Positions 22,143-36,113 of a stretch of 64,000 nucleotides of DNA are shown piece after piece. The DNA lies in assembly GCF_963506605.1 (NCBI RefSeq), contig NC_083279.1:41850001-41914000 (forward strand), given 5' to 3'. This DNA comes from Zootoca vivipara. Taxonomy: Eukaryota. The notes under the pieces are model-generated. The model made no database searches, was not told the origin of the DNA, and worked only from the letters and a program-made list of their open reading frames with translations. The position numbers were made by a program, and so were the translations under genes. The number at the start of each line of letters is the position of its first letter. Position 1 is the first letter of the stretch.

Positions 22143-25100
22143 GTTGTTCTCACATACATTTTGCAAAAATCAAAACAAAACCAAATATTACCTTGGCTGT
22201 GCATATTTGATCATCGCATTTTCCAACTTCCTGTAACTAAACACTCAACCAGGGACAGAGAACACTATAGTTCTAATTTATCAGGAACCTAAGGCACAGT
22301 CTGAGAGGGACTTGCAACCTTTAAGCAGGATCTTGTAACTATGGCTACCATAGTCACAGAAGTCAGATTTCTTCTCCAGCCTGAGTTGTAAGGGTGTCAG
22401 AGGACGTTGCTAGCAGTATGCTCACATCATTGTGAAATTCTGCAGTATTATTATTTTTACATGCATGCAAATGTAGATTCAGCAAGGGCACAGTGAGCTC
22501 TGAATTGCCATTGACAAAATTCACTTAGAGATTCAACCCAAGTCCGTATAGACTAGATACATAAACATCCTTTATATTTATCTGCTTTTAATGTGACATT
22601 GGTCACAAGTGACAAAAGAATCAAACTGATAAATTTGTATATGCCTCTCTATCATTGGTTCTTGGATGTTTGCAATAAGAAGTGGTGACACTCGCCCTGT
22701 AAGTGCTAGAAAGCCATTTTGCTTGTGAGTGGAGTCACTGAATGCCAGTAAATAATCACAGAGGGATGCTATTAAGTTGTCATGTTTATGCTGTGACACT
22801 GCAGCTTCATAACTCATTGTCATCCCATATTGATGCTGTGTGGCCTGTCTACAAGCATTGAAGCACAGTGTCACGAGTGGCAGAACTCTGCAGTTATTCT
22901 GTGGCACACTCTGACTTGATTCAAGACAAAGTACTTTTTTCTTTCACTTTTCTAAGCTGCTGAATGGGAGGAGGAGAAAGAAAGGTTGTATCTCATCTGT
23001 CTTTGTCTCTTTCCTCCTCCCTGGACACTTCCCATCTGTCTGGAGGGCTAGGAAGTGATTTAGAGGAAAGAGCTTGAACAAAGCAAGGCAACCATAGGTG
23101 TCAATCTGTTCATATACTTTAAGATCAGCATACAGTAGTATCGCATCTTTACTATCACATAATATTTAGGGAGGTTTCAGTAGTCCGGGTAAATATCAAG
23201 GACTTTTGTGTTTAGAATTGTGTTTGATAGAAAACAGCTTTAAACAGCTGTCAAAGAAATTCAGAGAAATAAAAACTGGCTTGAAATCCAGTGGCACTTG
23301 GGAATTTGTAGAAGTAGGCTTCGCCAACCCGTGTGTCTGTTATATGTTACCATTTATACATGTTGAACAGTAGAAGGGATGCTGTGATTAGTAAGTCTGT
23401 AAAATATGTGTCATTTAACTCAATATATTTAAAAGTATTATAAGGGCTGGCCTCTATAATACTGTTCACTGATCTATCTGGACTCCGACTCTTGCTGGGG
23501 CAGGGGGTCATACTCTGTCCATGGCAATCTCTCTGCTCCCCATGTGTATAGGTAGCTCACTTATATAAACCATGCACGTACTTTGGGGGGTGGGAAAGCA
23601 TTATTGTTACTTTTTCCATGCAAGCAAGAGTGTGCTAATTTTAAAATGTTAAGCCTCTTTATGCTAAGTACCTTCATCAGGTTTTCTTTTGAAAATTGCC
23701 TTGTGGTTTTTTGTGTTTTTTTACACACACAAACCCCAGGAATATATTTGCTATGCCTATAAATTAAAATTATTTTGATATGCTTTTATAATTCAAATAA
23801 TAAACAGCAAGTCCCTTTTCCTCATGCCTTGCAGTTCCCAAATAAATAGAGCAACTTGTGAGGTAGGTGACGTGAGGAAAGCAGAGATGGAAAGTGGAGA
23901 GAGAAATAAAAAGAAGATTGTTATTATTTTATGAAATATTTTGATATTTGTTTCCGTGTTTAAATAACTGCTCAGTTTGTTTTCTTTTGGTTTAAAGCTT
24001 CCAGATAACCTCAGGTAACATGGCACAGGTTAAATAATTGATTTTTTTTTTATTTGGATGGCTCAACAGCTTTGAGATAAATGCTCTTTGCAGGTCACCT
24101 TGTTCTGTCTCCAAACTAACAATAGGATGGGAAAAACACACCCCTGCATAAAGAATCTGTGACCTTTATTGATAAATGAATATCAGCGAAAAGCCTGCTC
24201 ATTCCCTTGTATTTGTGTACAACATGACAGTGTAGGATTACTTTGCAAGTGTTTCACTTTGTTCCTTAACCAAGCAAAAAGTGTGAGCAAACTACAATGT
24301 GTAGTTAGTTCAATTGTGGATCCCCCCCCCCTCACACATACTGAATCAGCTAAATAAATAAATAACCAGAACATTTGTTTGGAAACTCATTACTATGAGA
24401 TTTTCTCTAATACTTGCTACTTGAATCTCATCACAATGGGAACAGAGAGAAAGCAATGGTGACTACAGTATGTCAGGACTGTGATGCTCTCAATAGAATT
24501 ATTAGAGAGAATAGCATATATGGCCCATTCAGTTTACATACTTGCAGGATGTAGGCGTTGCACAGCAGCATCCAGGCAGAAAGCAAGGGAGTGATGGTGA
24601 TATCTATGTTACTATAGCAACATATTTTTTTGTTGCTGTCCCCCTTGTGCTTGATGGACCATGCACCTATATGGATTGCCTCTAATAATGGAAATACAAG
24701 ATTCTATTGTGCCGGTAACCCAAACTCTACCTTGGCAAGATTGAGAGAATATCTTATTTGATCAGTTCCTGATGGGGTAAATAACATGCCTCCCACTTCC
24801 ACCTCCTCAGTACTTGCACACTGTAGCCTGTCCTGTGCATTACAAAGAAACTGAAATATATTTCCAATTGTTACCTAATTTGAGTCTTGGTTCCACTGTC
24901 CTATCGCCCATTGTATTTCAAGGAACACATGCTGTAGATTATTCCCTCCCAGGTAACCAGTGATATAAAAGTAGGCAAGGAAATACTGCTCTAGTAATAA
25001 TTCACAGCTTTATAGCACATGCCTGTACCCACTAAGCAAACTTGATTTAGTGTGCTGTGTTTATTCCCCAGGGATAGATTAAAAGTTTTTTTTTTGCCAC

Positions 25101-25732
25101 GGTTAGGATGATATCACCAGGTTGACCAGAAATATGATGAAATTCCATTGACAAGAAAAATGGTTGTACTTTGTCTACCAGAGAAAATGTTTTGACTGAT
25201 GCTTCACTCTCAGCAATATTTTCCATAGTTTATTCTTCTGTTTCATATAGAAATTATTCAGTCTTGTTCATCCAATAAATCATAAGGTAAGTTATTGCTT
25301 TAGAATTTTGTGGCAATCAACTATGGACACATTCAAAAAGCAGTCTTAGAATACACGTACAATGTGTAGATCTCTACATGAGTCTCTTAATTAGACATAT
25401 AAATATAATGTTCAGGATACATTACAGACAATGACATAAGATATGCCAAGCATTTTCTTCGTTTGTTTGTTTTAAATGAAATAACATGTCCTTTGATCTC
25501 CTGCCCTCAATGAAGTTGGCTGGGAAAAACTCATATTTCAAGAATTGCAGTTACATTTCATACACACCCACCCACACCAAACTTTATTGTACTCTGGTGA
25601 CAGATGGAATTATATATCAGTTGAAAAATGAAAAGAGAGTTCAGTTTTCTGAGGCAAGGAAGCCTTGCTAGTAGCAAAAGACAAGGGAAATGAGGCCAAA
25701 AGGAAAGAGAATAGCCAAAGGATATTGAGCTT

Positions 25733-26083
25733 GGGGACCCAGGTGGCGCTGTGGTTAAACCACTGAGCCTAGGGCTTGCTGATCAGAAGGTTGGCGGTTC
25801 GAATCCCTGTGACAGGGTGAGCTCCCGTTGCTTGGTCCCAGCTCCTGCCAACCTAGCAGTTTGAAAGCACGTCAAAATGCAAGTAGATAAATAGGAACCG
25901 CTACAGCGGGAAGGTAAACGGCGTTTCCATGTGCTGCTCTGGTTTGCCAGAAGCGGCTTTGTCATGCTGGCCACATGACCTGGAAGCGATACACCGGCTC
26001 CCTCGGCCAATAATGCGAGATGAGCGCGCAACCCCAGAGTCGGTCACGACTGGACCTAATGGTCAGGGGTCCCTTTACCTTTA
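25733..26083 (+). mobile_element. Full-length Sauria SINE
   Basis: tRNA-like head with A box (GGTGGCGCTGTGG) and B box (GGTTCGAATCC), the typical central region and an (ACCTTT)n tail. About 350 bp. Confidence 0.95.
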
Positions 26084-29000
26084 TGCAGAGCTGCCCAATG
26101 ATAGAGGTGATACAATGCATCCGGATGGATCATTGATCACAGAAGACATGGAATGGAATTAGGATGGAGTGACTGAGGGTTTTTGTTTTTGTTTTAGAAT
26201 GTCAGCAGTTCTTTTTAAAGTAGTCAGTATATGGCTTGATTTAGCAAAACCGGAGAACTAGAATGGCTTCTAAGCAACAAATTAGATTGTTGTATTTACA
26301 TATATTATTGTATTTATCTTGTGAGGTAGACATTTCTGAACTGGTTTAAAGCCAATGGATACATTACCCAATCATCATAGATGCCACTTTGCTGTGGTGT
26401 ATAAACACAAGGACCTGCCTGGTTCCTTGTGACTTCATTATTCACATTGATGGAATTGCCAGAAGGCCCTCAGTGTCCTATTGCCATGGCCTGTAATCTC
26501 ACTGGTACCATGTTAGAGAAGCCTCTTCTGCACTCTCTTAGTGGATGGTGACAAATTATGTTGGACCACCAGCTCCAATGGGTATTGAGTAAATCCTGGA
26601 ATGGTTCATGCCAGCAGGGGTTTCCTAGGTTGCACCTCACTCCTCTTTAATGTGATAAAGAACAATAGCAGATTGTTGTTGTTTCTTTTTAAAAAAGTTT
26701 TCTTAATTTTCTGTGAAGCTGCTGAACTGTGGCAACATATAAGGCAGTGAGTGTGATAAATGTCATATAAGGGGCCCTTCTCAAAAACTAACAAGTATGT
26801 AATGGGGGGAAAATGTTTTAACACAGTGTTCTGAATCCTAACTCTTAAGATAGCCTCAGCAATGTCATGATTCAATTGTATTTCACCCCTTTTCTGTAAA
26901 GCTCAGAGAATAATTTGAGCCTTGCCTTGGACCAGTGAGATAAGCCTGATTTCAACCAAAGAAGACTTCCCTACAACTATCAAAGCTACATGGCTGGGTG
27001 GGAATTTGGACCTAGTCCTCAATCTGATTAGACAAATCCTGACATTTTGTCTATGCTTGAAATAATTCAAAGTTCCTTTTACTGCTGCCTTATTTAGTAT
27101 CAACATTTCAGTCCTCTGAAGATAGCTTCAATCCATTGGTTGCAGTCAGCCAGAAAGGTGGATCTGTGACAGTTGATATTTAGCTTTTTCTGCTGTACAG
27201 AGCCCAGGCATCCAGAATGAACACACGAGTAGGGCATGGTCTCAAGACCTCCTAAGTCCCTATCTCCACAGGTATCCTTCACATGATGATAAAGGAAAAT
27301 CTGGAGTTATTCAAAAGTACTATATCTCCATAGAAAAACCCTGACTTCACCAGTATTACATACCTGATAGTACAACTCAAAATAAGTGATGAAGAGAGAA
27401 AATTAATAAACAAAAATATGGATGTGCAAAATCTTCTTGTAATTTTTGCAAGTGCTTCCATCTTACCCAGGAAAAGCAGATAAGTAATTTTCAGAAGGCT
27501 AGGATTTTCCACACAGTTTGGAACCCAGCACTGAGGACGTATTTTCCCTCATTTAATACGTCTGTAGTGACTCATGAGTGGCACCTTCTCCCATGAATTA
27601 AAACTGTATTGCAGAAAGCAATCTTATGAATGAAGATGATTCAAGCAAGTACACAGAATCAGATTGAGTCATATGTACTGGGACTTATCTGCATCCCACA
27701 TAAAGAGCAAATCACTGTAAACTGTCAGCTTCTGAAAGCTTCCAAAAGCTGCAATTGCACCCAAAAAGAAAGCATTTTACTGAACTATCAGTTTTATCTG
27801 TTTTACAAATCACATTCGTATGCATTTCATTCCCAAATTACTCATTTCATGAGCATCCAGGGTTCAACACTGGAAACATGATAAACCCAGTATAGTATCA
27901 TTCGCTGGATTCCTTGCAATACTTGTTCATCACTGGGTTTCTTCATTTCAGAGAACTCCAAAGTTGCTGGTATAAAACTCTTAATGACTGAGGATATCTA
28001 TGCTGTGTCATGAAGACTCACTGTGTTTATTACTCCCAGGCTGTGTCAGAGAAACCAAATTTTATTAAGCTGGGTCCTTCACCTGTGCTTGGAAATATTG
28101 AGAGTTTATACTTCTCACAAACAAAAATGATCTTAAATATAATATGCTTCACTCTTATATGGCTTCTTTTAGAGTTTGAAGGAGACATATAGGATGTGAA
28201 CTTTTAAAATAAAATATAGCAGATTTCACCTATATATAGCAGCTTTCTTTATTCTGGAAGAGGACAATATTTTTCAGTGTTCAGAAATGTGTGGGAGCAT
28301 TCAGATTTCAATGATAAATGGAACAACATGGTTGGGAAGGAAATGTCATCACCTTATAACTACCTTTTGTTATATATTGACACATTATACTTTCTTTCAC
28401 TTTCCCCTGTTTGCTCCATGATGTCAAAAAGAGGATGTTCTCTTATCTGTCTCATTAATCATCTTTGACATTGTTAAAGGCTTTATCTATGGCGATCTTT
28501 CTTTAGTGTTCTGTAGTTGCCTCTAGCTCACTTTTGGAAAGGGATGCAGTGTGGTTGAAAGTGAACACTGTAATCTAAAGATACAGGTTGGTTAAGGCTG
28601 AACTCCTTTTGATTCTGCAGTGTATACTTTATGTGCAAACCACACACACACACCCCTTATATTGTACCTTGCCAATCTGCTCTGTTCAAGCATGACAAGT
28701 TTACAGCAAAACAACCTTGAGTGTGATAGACAGAAAAGGCCTTCACCTTGCAGTGACATAGGAATGACTGATGTTATGATCACCACCACCACTCTGTCAT
28801 CAGTTTAATTGCAAAGACTGCAGCCAACTCTTCAGAGTGTTTGTGCTAGAATTGGACTTGATGATTTAAAGGTCAACTATACATGGTTTCAGCTTAACCT
28901 TGTTATCCTTCTGAGATAAGTCTGATGTTTGGGCTCTTTTCATGTGTTACTCTTAACCATGTTGACAGCAAAGTGGGACTGCACAGGGCAGTCTTAAGCA

Positions 29001-29229
29001 TGCTGGGTGCCTGGGCGCCGTGGTGCGATGATCGCTCCGGCGCCCCCCCCCCCCGCCCTGTTTCTCACTGGAGACAGGGCTAAATGTGAAGCTCTGCTCT
29101 GCTGTCAACACAGATATGCCCTACTTGTGAATAACACAAGACTACAGGTCTTTTAGTTCAGTAATTAGAGTGAGGAATAAAGATCAGAATCCAGAGAACT
29201 ATTTATACATGTTCAATAATGCTTTAGAC

Positions 29230-29320
29230 TAACCTTTATATCTGTTATTTTTATGTTGTGAACTGCTCTGAGATCTACAGATGAAGGGCAGTATACAAAT
29301 CTAATAAACAAATAAACTAA
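29230..29320 (+). mobile_element. L2-type 3' tail
   Basis: ttgtgaactgctctgagatct...gaagggcagtatacaaatctaataaacaaataaac. Confidence 0.55.
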
Positions 29321-29632
29321 ACCTAATACCCTAGCCTGGCCCAATGTCCAAAATATTTTGAGGGTATCAAGTTAAGGGAGGCTGGTTTAGGCTTAAGTTT
29401 ATTGAATGGTAGTTACCATAACTCACACATGGAATACCAAAAGGCTATTGAAACTGAAGGAAATCACTTGAGTTTTTTTGCCTAGCCAAAGGTATCTCTT
29501 CAAATCCCAGATTTTGGGGGGCGGGGCAGGCAGGCAGTTGCTTAGACAGGGCTTTAACAGTCATATTTGTATTTTTAAATCACTGTAATCTCCCCATTCT
29601 TTTCCTCATAGTAAAAGAAAGAAACAACAACA

Positions 29633-29772
29633 ACATCTGAAGAAGTGTGCATGCACACGAAAGCTTATACCCAGAACAAACTTAGTTGGTCTTTAAGGTG
29701 CTACTGGGATTTTTTATTATTATTATTATTATTTAATTTGACTGTGTCAGACCAACACAGCTACCTACCTGA
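29633..29772 (+). mobile_element. PLE pseudo-LTR remnant (single orientation) starting at the hammerhead core
   Basis: atCTGAAGAagtgtgcatgcacacGAAAgcttatac...cttagttggtctttaaggtgctactgg...cagaccaacacagctacctacctg, nearly identical to 5789-5913. Confidence 0.85.
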
Positions 29773-32700
29773 ATCTAACAGCATAGCTTGCAGTTTTGCC
29801 AGAGTTTCAGCTCAGGTTGGGGAGCTTCCCCACACTTGGCCAGGAATAGACAGCAGTAGTAATTCACGTCTTCCAAGGCATAGATTAATCACAGTTCTAT
29901 AAAGTAAACTTCTGGGACTTGCTGCAGGGAAAAGGAGAGTCAGTGGTAGAAGTGCCATTGAGCTTTTTTTGTGAGGTCACTTAGAATGCTGCCAAAGGCT
30001 TGAGCTTTTGCAAATGTTTGGTTGCAAAGACTCGTCTTACCCTTTGACAGGGAGCAGGACGCTTGTACATATGGCACAGGACTTAGCTGATTGTTCCAAG
30101 AGATTCTATTATTTTATCCATCTTGTAATTTAATATATTAGCTGTATTAATGGGCCATTATAGCTGGTGAAAAATCCTACCCACATATCTGGCTGACAGT
30201 GTACAATTTGCATACTATGAAATAACCAACTTGTTACTTAAAAATAGGACACATCTTTTCATATTTGAAAACACTTAATGGCTATAATTCAGCACAGAGC
30301 TAAGCGCACTGGCCTGTGGAAACAAATGGCTAGAAACATGCCTTTAAATCTAGGTGTAGACAAATTATCTCACCATAGCTAGATTAGGTTGCTTGATGAT
30401 CTGCTGTAAATTGCAAAAAGATGATAATGAAACATGTACATTTTAGGAGATTATTATTGTTTTAATACCAGAGTGTTTTAGGACTAATAAAAGAGAAAGA
30501 ATTTATATTGCAATCAGCTTTATATACACAGTTACATTTTAAAAGCTCAGGAGTGCATTTGTGGACATGGAGTTCTAGCCAAAACATATCAACAGCAGAT
30601 CTAAACATGTTAATATTTAAGGAAATACCTTTAAATTCCTGCATCACAGTACCTTATTTGACAGTTTTTATACTGGCATTGGCTTCTTGTCAATCCTTTT
30701 CTCAGGTTCAGCTTTCCTAGAAATCAATTGTGCTCCCATAAAACACACTTCCCACCTTTGACATAGGAATGGAAAGGCAAGGTGCTTTAGAAATGCAGAG
30801 AACATAGGGGAAATTTGATTTTTAATAGTGCACTCCATTGTTCCCTTTACTTTCTCAAACCATGCACATGAAGTATTTGGATAACACAAAATTATAAAAC
30901 TTAGTTATAAAAGGTGAACATAGGACAAAACAACTTATCAGATATAGACTTTGGAATGTGTACATTTTAAGCCAATACTAATTATACGCTAGGCATGCTG
31001 TATCTTGAAACATGAAAAACCTATGTGGTTTTAGGAAAATAAGATTTTTTTTCTTTCTAGAATCAACCCACTGACTATTTTTATTGAATGCAAGGTTGAA
31101 GGTTACAGGAAGAGAATCCCACAATCCGCCCTGAAATACCCAAGTCAAAGAATGCTAAGTAAATCATTCCACAATAAAGTAAGTCATAACCTTTAAAAAT
31201 GTAAAGGGGCAAAACCAGTTCTAAACAAATGGCTCAATTTTTCTTGTTGAAGTGCCATAGTGACAGAGCATTTCATAGAACCTTTATGGTTTCACATGTC
31301 TACAACATTACAATGCAGACTTACAATAAAATACTTTATGAGAGATTTGGCAGTAAAACTGGCAGCACAAACCTCTAATACAAAACCATATTGTATTGGA
31401 GTATTTCTAAGATACCACACAACAGACAGGACAGGAGAAGAAGGCAAGACATAAAACCTTAACTAATTACTAAGGAGTACTAAGTACAGCGCCAGCTAAT
31501 GGTTGGTGATGTTGCTTATATATTCATTACAATATATCTGTTACACAACATAGTCTGTTTTAAAAAATTCAGTAGTTCTTCAACAGCATTGGCAATATAG
31601 CCTCACTAAGGAAAAAAAAAGAAACACTGCTTCTCATAAAATTCCATCTAATTATGGGGCCTATCAAAAAGTCATTAAAGTGCTACAAGGAGAGGCAATG
31701 TAAATAGAAGATACTTCAGCCCAGAGGCATTACATCAGGAATCCTCATGGAAATGAATTATTAAATAAGAGAAACATCTGAATACTGATATGGCATCTAA
31801 AATCCATCTCACACTACAGTTTTACATAAGGCATTGAACAGCAGATACATTCTTCATAAGTCAGCAACTACATTATTCTCCTAACTACCCCTCCCCAACA
31901 GTTGTAGGTGGTTGCTGAACGAAGGACACAGATTTTAGAGCAACACATCACTTCAGAAATATGCAGACAGTTCAAGAAGTGATGACCCCCAGCATATTAA
32001 ACCATGAGCATTTTGATCTTTGGCCCGTTAAATAATGCCACTTTTGTTCAGTACATTTGGGGACAAATAGTACACTTTGACATCAGGGTACAAAGTCCAG
32101 ATTTTGAGAGAGAAAAGAGACCCTTTTACATGTGAACTGTCAGATGAAGTGCAGAGCGCAAGAGAAGGTCAGAGTGTTCATTGAAAAACAATGAAAGCAC
32201 TGATAAAAAAAATTCATTAGCCCAAAATAAATTTTTGGATTAAAAGTATTAAAAAAAATGTTTATCACAACTAAACATATTGTGGTCACGATGGTATTCA
32301 GTACTTCAGCCATCCATGGCACTGGTTTATTACGTGCAAAATTAATCCAACTACTATATGATCCTATAGTGGCATAATACAACCTCTGTCTGCTTTCACT
32401 TGCATTCATCACTGCTCCAAGAAGTCACTAAAAGCAAATAATGTACAAATTATTCAAGAAGCAGCCAACTCAGGTCAAAGAATTTGAGAGGTAGGCATTG
32501 AGAAGTATACATTACCTAGACAGTTTGGTTCTGATTGAAAGGGCATAGCTAAAATTATACACTTCGCAACATTCAGTGAGTCTTGGAAACGGAGCTCACA
32601 TATTTGTGCAAAATGCTGGATCTCTAGAAAATCAAATAGCATCATTTATATGTAGCACCTTGAATACTGGTGAAGTGTGAGAGCCCAAGATTAAAGTCTT

Positions 32701-34879
32701 AACATGACTTACTGGGGAGTAAGTCCCTTTTAATTTAGTGGGACTTCTAAATAAAAATGTTGCATGCCTTTAGTACAAAATAACTTCTCAAATGCGCTTA
32801 CATTCTAGAAGCACCCAGAGTAATACTTTTAAGCATATTATTGTAAGTATATGCTACACCAACCTTGTATTTTTTTTTAAAAAAAATATGAGACAGGGTT
32901 CTGAATCCATTTTGCAAACTCTTTAAAATGTACAGATGATTTTGAGTCTTTTATGTGCTCTTTAATGATTAAATGAGATATTATATCTCTATTGGGGTAA
33001 GTATATCTCTCTGCTGTAATAGGTGCTGCTTTATAAAGTACATTTTGTGTAATCTCACCATTTGCAATTTGGAATATATTGTTATCATTCAAACTTGCAT
33101 ATTTGTAAAGCGAACATGATTGCACTCATTTTCCTTACTTGCAGGTGCTAGTTGTCTAAATCAGTAAAATTAGCTTTCCCTGCAGTTAAATGCGACTACA
33201 AAAAATGCTATTTGTCTCCAACCTGGTATCCCATCCCATTTTGGACCGAGTCTGGACCCATTTGAATAAAGAGCTTAATAATTCTATATAGAAATGTTGA
33301 TCCTCTTTGAGAAACAGTTTGAAACTACATTATAAGGAACAATTTTTAATGGATCCCGACACTCTTCGTACCTTATTACTTTCTCTTTGTTCTTAGGGGG
33401 GTGGAATTCTTACAAATGGGGGGGGGAGAGATCCTATGTGGTAATTCTTGGATATAGCCTACTGTCATTCATAGAGATTTTTGATAATTGAACCACCCGA
33501 GGGGGAGAGGGTAGAATCTTATCATGTGCTATTTTCTCTTTATACCAACACAAACCAAGTGTGACCACAATTTTTGTTAATGGATATTGTCAAAGTGATG
33601 CAGTATAGATCAACATCCGGAGGTGTTCTAGTTCCCAATAATAAGCACATCAATTTTAGTTATTTGAGGAACACACAAGACTGAAAGCCAAGGACAATGT
33701 TAAATTTTTCACTTTCAGCAGGCCAATGTGGACCAATCTGAAGGTCAACAGTATTGTTCCTTGGCAGCTGTACAACCTAATGAACTGATTCAAGCCTGTG
33801 ATAAAAACTGGGCCTGTTTTGACAAATAGCTGTTGGATCACATAATGCAATTTTGGAAGTCCTCTTATTTTCCCTTCACCAGAGGTGCAAACGCTTTCTG
33901 CAGCTGTAATTTTTATGTGAGCAGATTGGTGTAATTGATAAGCAGAGTGGTTCTGGGCAGTGATTCAAAATGAGTTTGATGAAAAGCCAGGAGCCTTTCC
34001 ATTTCAGGTTTCTGAGGATGACTCGACATTTTGTTCTTAGGGTTTGGCTTTAATGATCTTGATAGTTACTGACATGTTAGTCTTCTCAGCATCCTTTCTT
34101 CTTTTTATAATTAAATTGAAAGCTGGCACACACACACAAAACTAATGCTCTGTCAGGTGCCATAGATTTCCCTTGCCTACAATAGGAAGACTTCACAGTC
34201 AGGCATTATTCTGCTTCAATTGATCCTAGGAGAGAGTGAGAGTGGCAGATTCTGACCAGCAGATCCAGTTATTCATTCACTTTATGAATGATGATTTTGC
34301 TTTATCTGAGCAATAATGCATTTAAATGCATTTGTTTTAATCACATAATGGACCTATGTCTTTCTTTTCAGTTCAGAGGGGATATATTGAGATATTGACA
34401 ATGCATCATTGGCCTATATGCCAAAACTCCCTTTCCTTTTCTTCTTTTGTAGATGTTGACAGGCCTAATTTATGCATAATGTTTGCAGGTGTCTTTTTCT
34501 TTTGAATTCATGGGGCTGTGTAAATGTATATCCTGTCTAGTATATAAAGAAAGGTGCATTCACTTTTGACATACAGTTGTGGGAAACCAGTTCTTTACCT
34601 CCTCTAAACTCTCTCTCTCCCCAACTCTCTTTTGTCTTTAGTCATTTGCTGTAGTTGTTGAGTGCTGAATATTTACAGGTGAGAGAACGTAACAACCAGG
34701 AGACAATAGGCCTTTTCAGGCAATCAGTATGAGTATGTGATGTAGCTCATGGGTATAAGAGAGCAAGTCTCACTCTTAGATGCCAACATACACCATTAGC
34801 CACACTCCCAAGCAAAGTACAATAGGCATCAGTATGAAGGAAGTCCTATAGGCATATGGATGAATGCACATTTGACATG

Positions 34880-35533
34880 TCCACTGGTCCCATTACCTCC
34901 TGGCAAGTAGAAGGGGAAGAAATGGAGGCAGTGAGAGATTTTACTTTCTTGGGTTCCATGATTACTGCAGATGGCGACAGCAGTCACGAAATTAAAAGAC
35001 GCCTGCTTCTTGGGAGAAAACAATGACAAACCTAGACAGCATCTTAAAAAGCTGAGACATCACCTTGCCGACAAAGGTCTGTATAGTTAAAGCTATGGTT
35101 TTCCCAGTAGTGATGTATGGAAGTGAGAGCTGGACCATAAAGAAGGCTGATCATCAAAGAATTGATGCTTTTGAATTATGGTGCTGGAGGAGACTCTTGA
35201 GAGTCCCATGGACTGCAAGAAGATCAAACCTATCCAGTCTGAAGGAAATCAGCCCTGAGTGCTCACTGGAAGGACAGATCCTGAAGCTGAGGCTCCACGA
35301 CTTTGGCTACCTCATGAGAAGAGAAGACTCACTGGAAAAGACCCTGGTGTTGGGAAAGATTGAGGGCACAAGGAGAAGGGGACGACAAAGGACGAGATGG
35401 TTGGACAGTGTTCTCGAAGCTACCAACATGAGTCTGACCAAACTGCAGGAGGCAGTGGAAGACAGGAGTGTCTGGCGTGCTCTGGTCCATGGGGTCACGA
35501 AGAGTCAGATACGACTAAATGAATAAACAAACA
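34880..35533 (+). mobile_element. BovB (RTE clade) LINE, 5'-truncated 3' end
   Basis: ORF 35065..35526 (LPTKVCIVKAMVFPVVMYGSESWTIKKADHQRIDAFELWCWRRLLRVPWTARRSN...) is the BovB ORF2 C-terminus. The upstream frameshifted part reads GPITSWQVEGEEMEAVRDFTFLGSMITADGDSSHEIKRRLLLGR. Ends in an (AAAC)-like tail. Confidence 0.95.
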
Positions 35534-35989
35534 TGAGGACCCTGACCAGACAGGGTTAGTTTACATCCCCATGGAGGAAGATATACACCCATTCATCTAT
35601 ATGTACATAGGCCTTCAGATCCCAGTGTAAAATTAAAATTAAATTAAATTATTACATCTTTCCTTCAAATGGTTTGAATCAATGCTGATTTGGAGCAACA
35701 TGTTTCTCAGTCAAGCTAGCAGATGGCAGTTACTATCACTTCTCCCTATCCTTTCCTTTCCTTTTCTTCAGAATTACCCAGGAATCCTCTGGAGAGATGT
35801 ACCTGTTAGTGTCTTTCTTAAAGGGGAAGGTTCTATAGGTTATTGGGAACCCTAGGAAGCTGTGGCGAACAATGAGAAGGAGCTACCCTGGTTAAAGCCA
35901 GGAACCTATCACTATTTTGCCACTGGATTAGCAAACAAACAAACAAACAAAACCTACTAAGCCTAGCTGTGAATCCCTACACTCTAATG

Positions 35990-36113
35990 CAGGCATCCCC
36001 AAACTTCAGTCCTCCGGATGTTTTGGACTACAATTCCCATCTTCCCTGACCACTGGTCTTGTTAGCTAGTTGTAGCCCAAAACATCTGGAGGGCCACAGT
36101 TTGGGGATGCCTG
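35990..36113. mobile_element. hAT MITE (family of 12193-12328, opposite orientation, small internal deletion)
   Basis: TIRs CAGGCATCCCCAAACT / AGTTTGGGGATGCCTG. TSD CTCTAATG at 35982-35989 and 36114-36121. Confidence 0.93.

Noticed and set aside
25134-25199. C/D-box snoRNA-like spacing (ATGATGA ... CTGA)
   Set aside because: No convincing terminal stem, C'/D' boxes or recognisable rRNA guide. Such motifs are expected by chance in 64 kb.
32140-33125. Minus-strand ORFs of 90 and 82 aa as a possible last coding exon
   Set aside because: No recognisable domain, and the composition is typical of random AT-rich translation.
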